From Acidobacteriota bacterium (GTDB lineage: Bacteria; Acidobacteriota; Terriglobia; Bryobacterales; UBA6623), in the NCBI GenBank assembly GCA_027592785.1, contig JAQCLD010000003.1, positions 96 through 64,095 on the forward strand: DNA of 64,000 nt, given 5' to 3'. Both the position numbers and the translations under genes were made by a program. The notes under the pieces are model-generated. The model ran no database searches, was not told where the DNA came from, and saw only the letters and a list, made by a program, of their open reading frames with translations. This document shows, piece by piece, positions 7,971-16,079 of this stretch (position 1 is its first letter; each line of letters begins with the position of its first letter).

Positions 7971-8696
7971 CTACCCTTTCCTGACGAACTCAGTCGCATA
8001 CGAGAGGTCTTCTGGCCGGCCGACGTCGCGCCAAAAACCTTTGATGTCGTACCAGCCGACTTTCTTGCCTGAGTTGACCAGTGCATGAACGGCGTCGGTC
8101 AACTCATACTCGCCGCGCGGCGAGAGGCCCATCTTTTCTTGAGCGGCGAAGACCGACGGACGAAAGACGTAGATACCGGCGTTGTTCCAGTTGGTCGTCG
8201 AAGTTCCCTCGGGCGGCTTCTCGATGATCTTTGTGACGCGGGCGCCGTCGACGTAAACCGCGCCGCCTTGGTAAGGGTCTTCGACCCACTTGACCGACAG
8301 CACCATCTCGGCGCCTTCTGCGCGGGACAGCATCTCGCTGTAAACGGAGGCTTCGACGAGGTTGTCTCCGTAGGTCATCAAGAAAGCATCGTCGCCGACT
8401 AAGTCGCGGGCCAGCAACGCCGCGCTGCCGGTGCCGTCCTGTTTGACCTGGGTGACGTAGCTGAGCTTCGCTTGCGCCGGCGGATTGGCGGCGAAGTAAT
8501 CTTTGACGATGTCCTCGCGGTAGCCAACCACGATGAGAACTTCGCGAATGCCGGCCGCTTCGAGACGCTCGATCTGGTGCGCGAGCATCGGCCGGTCGCC
8601 CAGCGGCAACATCGGCTTGGGACAGTCCGCGGTGAGGCCCTTCATGCGGGTTCCGCGCCCGGCGGCGAGCGTGACGGCTTTGGTGATCGTTTCCAC
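7971..8696 (-). CDS. Sugar-phosphate nucleotidyltransferase (NTP_transferase family)
   Basis: 241 aa ORF with the N-terminal signature AVTLAAGRGTRMKGLTADCPKPMLPL. Confidence 0.9.
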   Translation of the reverse strand: METITKAVTLAAGRGTRMKGLTADCPKPMLPLGDRPMLAHQIERLEAAGIREVLIVVGYREDIVKDYFAANPPAQAKLSYVTQVKQDGTGSAALLARDLVGDDAFLMTYGDNLVEASVYSEMLSRAEGAEMVLSVKWVEDPYQGGAVYVDGARVTKIIEKPPEGTSTTNWNNAGIYVFRPSVFAAQEKMGLSPRGEYELTDAVHALVNSGKKVGWYDIKGFWRDVGRPEDLSYATEFVRKG

Positions 8697-8748
8697 GTAG
8701 TTACAGTAGCTGGCTCGGCGCGAAAAGGCCTTCAGGCGGAAGCCTTAT

Positions 8749-9684
8749 CTACAGCTCCAAGCTCACCGCCATTTTCTCCCTGGCGCTGCGGTAGACCGCC
8801 ATCGTCATCTCGACCGACTTGAGGCCGTCGTAGGATGTAACCGGCGGCTTACTGCCGGCGAGCATCGCGTCCACAAAAAGGCGGTCCTCCTCGGCAAAGC
8901 CCCACTTCTCTTCCCTGGTTAGGTTGGCGAAATTCTCGACGCTAGTGGGCTTGTCGAGGCCGATGCGCCACTCGAGTTTTTCCATTTCCTCGGTGCGGAT
9001 CGTCGAGTACTCGCCGTAGACCTCAACGCTCTCGTAGGGGAAGAACCAGCTGGTGTCTGCCGACGTCACGAACGTGGCGTGCTGGCCGCCGTCGAATTCG
9101 ACGAGCATCGAGTAGTCGTCCTTGCGGCTCTCGCGCGCCTGGACCGAAACGATCTCGCCCAGCAGAAAGCGCATCATGTCGAACATATGAATTGGCGTCT
9201 CGAATAAGAAGCCGCCGGTGACCGCCGCGTCACCGACCCATGCGGGGTTCAGCAGTTCGCCGCGATTCATCTTGATGTGCGCGCAGTGCGCCGGGGAAGT
9301 TTCGAGCAGCTTCTTGACGTTCTTGTAGACCGGAGCGAAGCGCCGATTGTGGCCGACTTGAAAGACCGTCTTCGAAGCGCGGGCCGCCGCATGAAGGCGC
9401 TGCGCGTCTTCGAGGGTTGTCGCCATCGGCTTTTCGCAAAAGACGTGCTTACCGGCCGCCAAAGCCTTCATCGCCATGTCGACATGCGTCGTGTTGGGCG
9501 AGACCACGTAGACCGCGTCGGACGCCTCGAGCAAGTCGTCCACGCTGGCGACAGCGAGAGCGCCGGCTCTGAGCGGGTCCACATCGTAGATGCCCGAGAT
9601 GCGCACACGGTCGTCTCTTTCGAGGTTCGCGCGATGGACACCGGACATGAATCCGGCGCCGATGAGACCAATCTTCAAGCTCAC
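8749..9684 (-). CDS. Gfo/Idh/MocA family NAD(P)-dependent oxidoreductase
   Basis: 311 aa ORF. Rossmann start LKIGLIGAGFMSGVH and the EKP motif CEKPMATTLEDA. Confidence 0.9.
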   Translation of the reverse strand: MSLKIGLIGAGFMSGVHRANLERDDRVRISGIYDVDPLRAGALAVASVDDLLEASDAVYVVSPNTTHVDMAMKALAAGKHVFCEKPMATTLEDAQRLHAAARASKTVFQVGHNRRFAPVYKNVKKLLETSPAHCAHIKMNRGELLNPAWVGDAAVTGGFLFETPIHMFDMMRFLLGEIVSVQARESRKDDYSMLVEFDGGQHATFVTSADTSWFFPYESVEVYGEYSTIRTEEMEKLEWRIGLDKPTSVENFANLTREEKWGFAEEDRLFVDAMLAGSKPPVTSYDGLKSVEMTMAVYRSAREKMAVSLEL

Positions 9685-9736
9685 TGATTTCTCCTCAGAT
9701 CTCAGAATCTAGCATGGCTTAGCGGCGAGGGTTTCG

Positions 9737-9760
9737 GCGAACAAATGCGCGAACAAATGC
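9737..9760. repeat. Perfect tandem duplication of a 12-nt unit (GCGAACAAATGC x2)
   Basis: Read directly at 9737-9748 and 9749-9760. It lies in the divergent intergenic region between the oxidoreductase and ybjQ-like genes. Confidence 0.9.
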
Positions 9761-9784
9761 GTACTTTCTTGCAAGGATAAACCA

Positions 9785-10105
9785 ATGATCAAAACGACTA
9801 CGCCCTCTGTTGAAGGGCGTGCAATCAAAGCCTACTTGGGCATCGTGGTCGGCGAGGCGATCGTCGGCGCAAACATTTTCAAAGACCTATTTGCGGGCAT
9901 CCGCGACATCGTGGGCGGACGTTCGGGCGCATACGAAAAGGAGTTGGGCAAGGCGCGGCAAATTGCGCTCGACGAGCTGCAGCAGAACGCCCAGGCACTG
10001 GACGCGGATGCGGTCGTCGCGGTTGATCTCGACTACGAAGTACTAGGCCAAGGCAACGGCATGCTGATGGTCAGCGCCAGCGGCACGGCCGTCAAGCTCG
10101 GCTAG
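9785..10105 (+). CDS. ybjQ: YbjQ/UPF0145 family protein
   Basis: 106 aa [51 protein letters not shown] is the typical YbjQ_1 sequence. AAGGA lies 6 nt upstream of the ATG. Confidence 0.9.
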   Translation: MIKTTTPSVEGRAIKAYLGIVVGEAIVGANIFKDLFAGIRDIVGGRSGAYEKELGKARQIALDELQQNAQALDADAVVAVDLDYEVLGQGNGMLMVSASGTAVKLG

Positions 10106-10326
10106 CGAGCTTGCACCCCTGTTGTAGGCTTAGAGCATAGGAGCCCGCCCGGGAAACACGCGTGACGGCTCTTCCCCTGGGACACTCCGAGCAACGAGCC
10201 TCCGAAGGTGCATCGAACCTGCCGACTAGACCCTGAGAACCGTGCCAAAAGTTGCCAAAACGCCCTCGAAGGCCCGTAAACAAGTGGTTTCTTAGTACGA
10301 GAAAATGCCGTTCGAGCCTGTTTGCC

Positions 10327-11250
10327 TCAATCTCGAGCCAGCAGCCGCGCCAGATTACCGCCGAATACGTTGGCCGCCACTTCCGCGGTGATACCGCGTT
10401 TTTCCAGAGTCTGCGATTGGTTCTCGAACACGGCGCGGTTCCAACCGCGCGGGAAAAACGACGAATCGGAGCCGAACAGCAGACGGTCCGGGCCAATAAC
10501 GTTGAGCGCTTGGCCGAAGACGTCTTCGAGAGTCGGCGGCGGAGTTAGATATTTCGTCCAGGTATTGCTGCTGGAGGTGTCGAGATAGACGTTGGGACAC
10601 AAGTCGGCGAGCATCAGCGCTTCGCGAAAGAAGCCTGCGCCGAAGTGCGGTACGACGAAATTCACCTGGGGGTATTCCAGCGCGACGCGGTGCAGATCGA
10701 GAGGGTTCGAGCGGCTCATATCGAATTTCGACGCCAGCCCTAGCTTCTTGCGGACGCCGACGCTGAGAACGCCGCAGTGGACGAAGACGAGCGTTCCCGG
10801 CCGTTCAGCGGCCGCTTTATAGACCGGCGTTAAGCTCTCGTCCCGGACCGAGAAGCCTTGCATCGCGGGGAACAAGCACAACCCCTGTAGCCCTTCGTCG
10901 AAAGCCCGTGCGGCGCGTTCGCCTGCATCGGGTTTGGTTGGGTCGAACAAGAAGTAGCCCCAGAAACGCTCTGGGTAGGCCTGGATGGCTGCAACGGCAG
11001 AAGCTTCGTCTCCCGGAATGCTGGCAATCAGGGCGCAGCGGTCAACGCCTTGCCGGTCGAGCTCGCCGACCCATTGAGCGGCCAGTTTGATGGCATCCGC
11101 GGGAGGGGTTTCCCATCCAAGGCTTTGCACCATGGAGTCCACAGATTCGTCGGAGGCTGGTCGCTGAGAGCGAAGGACTTCGAAGAAGCGCTGGGAAAAC
11201 AGGTGAACGTGAGCGTCGTTGACGGCAATCTCGCCCCAATGGGTTTGCAT
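10327..11250 (-). CDS. Amidohydrolase-family (amidohydrolase_2-like) metal-dependent hydrolase
   Basis: 307 aa ORF. N-terminal metal-ligand motif VNDAHVHLF, plus later HCG and HFG histidines. Confidence 0.8.
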   Translation of the reverse strand: MQTHWGEIAVNDAHVHLFSQRFFEVLRSQRPASDESVDSMVQSLGWETPPADAIKLAAQWVGELDRQGVDRCALIASIPGDEASAVAAIQAYPERFWGYFLFDPTKPDAGERAARAFDEGLQGLCLFPAMQGFSVRDESLTPVYKAAAERPGTLVFVHCGVLSVGVRKKLGLASKFDMSRSNPLDLHRVALEYPQVNFVVPHFGAGFFREALMLADLCPNVYLDTSSSNTWTKYLTPPPTLEDVFGQALNVIGPDRLLFGSDSSFFPRGWNRAVFENQSQTLEKRGITAEVAANVFGGNLARLLARD

Positions 11251-11266
11251 CCCACGAGGATAGAGC

Positions 11267-11566
11267 TTATCGCGGGCGCGGATCTTCGAGTTCCGCCATG
11301 CGCTCTAGCTCGACGTCGCTGCACAGGAATTCGGAACCGGGCATCTTAATGCAGCCGAGTGCGCAGCTATGCTGCGTGTAGAGCCGCGCAAACATGCGCT
11401 GTAGCCACTCATCGGCTTCCGAGGAAGTCGGGAACGAGTTCGCCAGGCAAATTCCGCCCCCCTCGATGAGTCCGAGATACTCTTCGGAATTCTCGATGCG
11501 TTCCCGTACTAAGTGAATCATCTGACTGCCTACCTGATGAATCTCGGCGGCAGGACGGTCGTTCAT
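11267..11566 (-). CDS. Hypothetical protein
   Basis: 99 aa ORF on the same strand as the amidohydrolase, ending 17 nt upstream of it. I recognise no motif. Confidence 0.4.
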   Translation of the reverse strand: MNDRPAAEIHQVGSQMIHLVRERIENSEEYLGLIEGGGICLANSFPTSSEADEWLQRMFARLYTQHSCALGCIKMPGSEFLCSDVELERMAELEDPRPR

Positions 11567-11685
11567 GACCCAATACTGGGGTCTTTTACTTAGAGCTTCA
11601 ATAGCCCAGAAGTTTCATTCGTTGTCAGGGACCCTGGTACTACGATCCCCGAAACCAAAGGTCTTGGAGTCCGGTATAGGACTAG

Positions 11686-12291
11686 TCACATCGAACGAAC
11701 GCGGTCGCCGACGCGGGACTCGTAGCCTTTGACGGCGGTCATTTGATTCTGCAGATAGCCAAGTTGATCGACACCGGCCAGCAGGCATTTCTTCGAAAAC
11801 GCATCGATCGGGAACTCAACGGACGATCCGTCCGGCAGTACGAACTGCTGGTTTTCGAGGTCGATGGTGAGCTGCAGATTGGCGTCGGCTTGGGCCAGCT
11901 CGATCACTTTGCGGTGCGTCGCTTGATCAACGATGACCGTTAGGAGGCCGTTCTTGAGCGAGTTATTGCAGAAGATGTCGGCGAACGAGGTGCTCACCAC
12001 GGCTTTGAAGCCATAACTCATCAGCGCCCACGGAGCATGTTCGCGGGAAGAACCGCAGCCGAAGTTGTCGCCGGCGAGTAAGATCGTCGCGCCGGCATGC
12101 TCGGGCTTATTGATGACGAAGTCGGGGTTCGGCTCGCCGGACGGCAAATAACGCCAGTCGTTAAATAGATTGATCGCCAGGCCGTCTTTGCTGATCGTCT
12201 TGAGGTAGCGGGCCGGGATGATCTGGTCCGTGTCGATGTCCTGGATCGGCAGCGCAACGGCCTTGCCGGTGAACTTGGTTATTGCTGGCAT
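11686..12291 (-). CDS. leuD: 3-isopropylmalate dehydratase small subunit
   Basis: 201 aa ORF containing GDNFGCGSSREHAPWAL. It lies directly downstream of leuC. Confidence 0.95.
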   Translation of the reverse strand: MPAITKFTGKAVALPIQDIDTDQIIPARYLKTISKDGLAINLFNDWRYLPSGEPNPDFVINKPEHAGATILLAGDNFGCGSSREHAPWALMSYGFKAVVSTSFADIFCNNSLKNGLLTVIVDQATHRKVIELAQADANLQLTIDLENQQFVLPDGSSVEFPIDAFSKKCLLAGVDQLGYLQNQMTAVKGYESRVGDRVRSM

Positions 12292-12303
12292 GTCTCTACT
12301 CTC

Positions 12304-13716
12304 TTAGACCAGGAACTCGCGCGGATCCGCCACGGCCCCTTTAATGGCGGAGGCGGCTGCGGTGGCTGGGCTGGCGAGGAAGGTCCTGCCGCCTTTACCC
12401 TGGCGTCCTTCGAAGTTGCGGTTGCTGGTGGAAACGCTGTACTGCCCGGGGCTGAGCTGGTCGCCGTTCATGGCGATGCACATCGAGCAGCCGGCCTGAC
12501 GCCACTCGGCGCCAGCCGCCCGGAAGATTTCCGGCAAGCCTTCTTCCTCAGCCTGTTTCTTGATCTTTTCCGAACCGGGGACGATCATGGCGCGGACGCC
12601 GGGAGCGACCTTGCGACCCTTGAACACGGCGGCGGCCTCGCGTAGGTCGCCCATGCGGGAGTTGGTACAGCTGCCGATGAAAACGACGTCGATGGGGTGG
12701 CCAAGGATCGGCTTGCCAGGCTCTAAGTCCATATATTCCAAGGCTTTCTTTACGCCCGCGCTCTGGCTGGCATCAGCGATATTGGCCGGGTCGGGAACGG
12801 CTTGGGTAATGCCTACACCCTGCCCGGGGTTCGTGCCGTAGGTGACCATCGGTTCGAGTTTGGTCACGTCGACGATGGTGGTGCGGTCGTAGGTGGCTCC
12901 GGGGTCGGTGACTAGCTGCTTCCAACGCTCGATGGCGGCATCCCAATCGGCGCCTCGGGGGGCGCGGGGACGGCCTTTGAGGTACTCGTAGGTCTTCTCG
13001 TCGGGGGCAATCAGACCGGCCTTGGCGCCGGCTTCGATGGACATGTTGCAGACCGTCATGCGGCCTTCCATCGAGAGTGCGCGGATCGCTTCGCCGGTGT
13101 ACTCGAAGACGTGTCTGGTGCCGCCGCCGACGCCGATTTGGGCGATCAGGGCTAGGATCAGATCTTTGGCGCCGACGCCTTTGGGGGCCGGGCCTTCAAA
13201 GCGCACTTCATGCGTCTTGGGTTTGTTTTGCAGCAAGCACTGAGTGGCCAGGACGTGCTCGACTTCCGTCGTTCCGACGCCGAAGGCGATGGCCCCAAAA
13301 GCGCCGTGGGTGGAGGTGTGGCTGTCGCCGCAAACAACAGTCAGTCCGGGCTGGGTTAGGCCAAGTTCGGGGCCGATGACGTGCACGATGCCTTGATCGA
13401 TGCTGCCAAGATCGGCCAGCGGGACGCCGAATTCCTTGCAGTTAATGCGCAGCTGATCGACCTGCTTGCGGGCGATTTCGTCGGGAATGATCTGCAGGCG
13501 CGTGTCGGTGGTCGGGATGCTGTGGTCCAGCGTCGCCATCGTGTGATCGGGCCGGCGAACCTTGATGCCGCGGTCGCGCAAGCCTTGGAAAGCTTGGGGC
13601 GACGTCACCTCATGCACAAGGTGCAGGTCAACGTACAAAACGGCCGGCGAACCCGGCTCGTGGGTGACGACGTGATCGTCCCAGATTTTCTCAGTTATCG
13701 TGCGCGGTTGACTCAC
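12304..13716 (-). CDS. leuC: 3-isopropylmalate dehydratase large subunit
   Basis: 470 aa ORF with a GTG start. Aconitase-family motifs present: [23 protein letters not shown] and NRNFEGRQG. Confidence 0.96.
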   Translation of the reverse strand: MSQPRTITEKIWDDHVVTHEPGSPAVLYVDLHLVHEVTSPQAFQGLRDRGIKVRRPDHTMATLDHSIPTTDTRLQIIPDEIARKQVDQLRINCKEFGVPLADLGSIDQGIVHVIGPELGLTQPGLTVVCGDSHTSTHGAFGAIAFGVGTTEVEHVLATQCLLQNKPKTHEVRFEGPAPKGVGAKDLILALIAQIGVGGGTRHVFEYTGEAIRALSMEGRMTVCNMSIEAGAKAGLIAPDEKTYEYLKGRPRAPRGADWDAAIERWKQLVTDPGATYDRTTIVDVTKLEPMVTYGTNPGQGVGITQAVPDPANIADASQSAGVKKALEYMDLEPGKPILGHPIDVVFIGSCTNSRMGDLREAAAVFKGRKVAPGVRAMIVPGSEKIKKQAEEEGLPEIFRAAGAEWRQAGCSMCIAMNGDQLSPGQYSVSTSNRNFEGRQGKGGRTFLASPATAAASAIKGAVADPREFLV

Positions 13717-13954
13717 TCTTTTGGACCTCTAACTCCTCGGCTTAGTAGAGCAAGTCGCCTTATCATAATGCAAATTGATAGTATTCTAGTTATTCATAAG
13801 AATGGTTTATGACGTACCGGCGCGAAGGCCCCTCCCGGGATCGGACAAAACTGGCCAAAGCAGTGGCCATTGCTGTCCGCTGCCAGCCCGCAGCAGGCGG
13901 CGGATGGTCGAAATTGGGGGCGAAGAGTGATTTTGCTTTAGGAATATGCTCCTC

Positions 13955-13983
13955 TTGACGCGTGGTACGCGTCACTGTACAGT
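13955..13983 (+). promoter_or_regulatory. Candidate higBA promoter with an overlapping inverted-repeat operator
   Basis: TTGACG (13955-13960), a 17 nt spacer, then TACAGT (13978-13983). The spacer contains the inverted repeat TGACGCG-TGGTA-CGCGTCA (13956-13974). The higB GTG lies only 5 nt after the -10. Confidence 0.35.
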
Positions 13984-13988
13984 GAGCC

Positions 13989-14267
13989 GTGATATGCAGC
14001 TTTCAACATCGGGGACTGAAGCGACTGTACGAACGCGGTGACGAGAGCGGCATTCGGCCCGATCTGCTGGATAAGGTGAGCACTATCTTGGAGCACCTCG
14101 ACGCTGCCCAGAGTGTGCAAGGCATGAGGCTTCCGGCGCTGCGTTTGCACGCACTCAAGGGCGACTTAAGAGGCTACTACGCGGTGACGGTGAAGACAAA
14201 TTGGCGCATCATCTTCCGCTTTGCGGGCGGCGATGTTCATGATGTGAAGCTGGTCGACTACCACTAA
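13989..14267 (+). CDS. higB: HigB-type (RelE/ParE superfamily) toxin
   Basis: 92 aa ORF. FQHRGLKRLYERGDESGI...LKGDLRGYYAVTVKTNWRIIFRFAGGDVHDVKLVDYH is the typical plasmid-maintenance killer (HigB) pattern. Confidence 0.9.
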   Translation: MICSFQHRGLKRLYERGDESGIRPDLLDKVSTILEHLDAAQSVQGMRLPALRLHALKGDLRGYYAVTVKTNWRIIFRFAGGDVHDVKLVDYH

Positions 14268-14283
14268 TGAAAGGACAAGAACC

Positions 14284-14598
14284 ATGCCGATGAAGAACCC
14301 ACGACATCCCGGCCTCTCGGTCAGGATCAACTGTATAGAGCCGCTGGGCCTCACCGTGACCGAAGCGGCCAAGAAGCTCGGCGTCAGCCGCGCCGCGCTC
14401 TCGCGTCTGGTGAATGAGCAAGCGGGGATTTCTCCTGAGATGGCGATCCGTTTTGAGAAGGCTGGCTGGTCGACAGCCGACACCTGGACCCGGATGCAGG
14501 CTGCCTACGATTTGGCGCAAGCGCGCCGGCACGAAGACGAGATTGTAGTGGAGAGTTTCGCGCCGCAAGCCCGCGCATTATCCTCCCCGACAAGCTAG
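14284..14598 (+). CDS. higA: HigA-type antitoxin (XRE-family HTH)
   Basis: 104 aa ORF starting 16 nt after higB. HPGLSVRINCIEPLGLTVTEAAKKLGVSRAALSRLVNEQAGISPEMAIRFEKA is the typical HigA pattern. Confidence 0.9.
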   Translation: MPMKNPRHPGLSVRINCIEPLGLTVTEAAKKLGVSRAALSRLVNEQAGISPEMAIRFEKAGWSTADTWTRMQAAYDLAQARRHEDEIVVESFAPQARALSSPTS

Positions 14599-16049
14599 GC
14601 CAGGATGTCTTGGACGATCTCGCCATGCACGTCAGTGAGGCGCATGTCGCGGCCGCTGAAAGGGAATGTCAGGCGCTTGTGATCCAGTCCCAGCAGGTGC
14701 AGAATCGTCGCATGCAAATCATGCATATGAACCTTATTCTCAATAGCGAAGTAGCCGTATTCGTCGGTGGCGCCGTAGACCGTGCCGGGCTTCACGCCGC
14801 CGCCAGCCAACCACATAGTGAAGCCGAACGGGTTGTGGTCTCGGCCGACGGTCTTGGGATCTTGGCTCTCGCCGATTTGGGCGGTGGGGGTTCTACCAAA
14901 CTCTCCGCCCCAAACGACTAGCGTCTCATCCAGAAGGCCACGTGACTTGAGGTCCTTGAGCAATCCGGCGATCGGCTTGTCGACGGCCCGTGAGTTGACG
15001 CGGTGCCCTGCTTCTAGACGTTGATGCTGGTCCCAGCGGTCTTGTCCCTGGCGCCGTGGAGTGAGTAGCTCGACAAAGCGGACTCCTCGTTCGACCATGC
15101 GACGGGCCAGTAGGCATTGCCGCCCGAATTCGCTCGTATCGTCCTCGTCTAGTCCGTAGAGCTGGCGGGTGGCCTCGGTTTCGCCGCTGATCTCAAGCAA
15201 GTCCGGCACTGCGCTCTGCATGCGGAACGCTAATTCGTAGTTCGCAATTACCGCCTCAAGTTCACTGACCTCGCCAAAACGTTCGAGCACGCCCTGGTTG
15301 AGTTTGCTGAGCAACTGGAGTTTGCCGCGCTGTGCCTCTCCGGCAGCCTCGCGGGGCTCCAGGTCAGCGATCGGGTGTTCCCCGCGACGGAACAAAGTGC
15401 CTTGGTAGGAAGCTGGCAAAAATCCCGCACCGAAGCAATCCATGCCTCCGGGCGGGATCAAACCGCTGTCGAGCACGACGAAGCCGGGGAGGTCCTTACA
15501 TTCGCTGCCGAGCCCATAGGTCAACCAGGAGCCCATCGAAGGCCGACCTTGGAAGCCTGAGCCGCTATGAATGAAATAGTTCGCTGCGGTGTGCTCGGAG
15601 AAATTCGCCGTCATCGAACGCACGATGCAGAGGTCATCGACGCAACCGGCAACATGGGGAAACAACTCGCTGACCCAGTGGCCCGATTCTCCGTACTGAG
15701 CGAAGCTGAACGGGGAAGCGAAGACCTTGTTCGAGATGTTGAAAACAGTGGTCGGCGTATTGTCCATGCGAATCGGCTGCATGTGCTCAAGCGCGAGTCG
15801 CGGCTTGGGGTCGAACGTATCCATCTGTGATGGTCCGCCGTCCATGAACAGGAAGATGACGTTCTTGGCTTTGGGTGGGAAGTGTGGAGCACGCACCGAC
15901 AGTGGATCGGTGGGCCGCAGAAGGGGCGGCTCAGCTGCCGTCGCTTGCTGGGCGATCATCGAAGCCAGGGCAAGGCCTCCGAAGCCATTCGCAGCTCGAC
16001 TTAGCCACTGACGGCGGCTCATCGGGGGGGCTGGAGGTGCGTGTTTCAT
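14595..16049 (-). CDS. DUF1501 domain protein (sulfatase/alkaline-phosphatase-like fold) with a TAT signal
   Basis: 484 aa ORF. Twin-arginine leader MSRRQWLSRAANGFGGLALASMIAQQATA. It contains FLFMDGGPSQMDTFDPKP and GGEFGRTP...GRDHN blocks. It sits directly downstream of the PSCyt/DUF1553 gene. Confidence 0.92.
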   Translation of the reverse strand: MKHAPPAPPMSRRQWLSRAANGFGGLALASMIAQQATAAEPPLLRPTDPLSVRAPHFPPKAKNVIFLFMDGGPSQMDTFDPKPRLALEHMQPIRMDNTPTTVFNISNKVFASPFSFAQYGESGHWVSELFPHVAGCVDDLCIVRSMTANFSEHTAANYFIHSGSGFQGRPSMGSWLTYGLGSECKDLPGFVVLDSGLIPPGGMDCFGAGFLPASYQGTLFRRGEHPIADLEPREAAGEAQRGKLQLLSKLNQGVLERFGEVSELEAVIANYELAFRMQSAVPDLLEISGETEATRQLYGLDEDDTSEFGRQCLLARRMVERGVRFVELLTPRRQGQDRWDQHQRLEAGHRVNSRAVDKPIAGLLKDLKSRGLLDETLVVWGGEFGRTPTAQIGESQDPKTVGRDHNPFGFTMWLAGGGVKPGTVYGATDEYGYFAIENKVHMHDLHATILHLLGLDHKRLTFPFSGRDMRLTDVHGEIVQDILA

Positions 16050-16079
16050 TGTGGGATAGGCGCTCGCCTGCAGGCGGTC

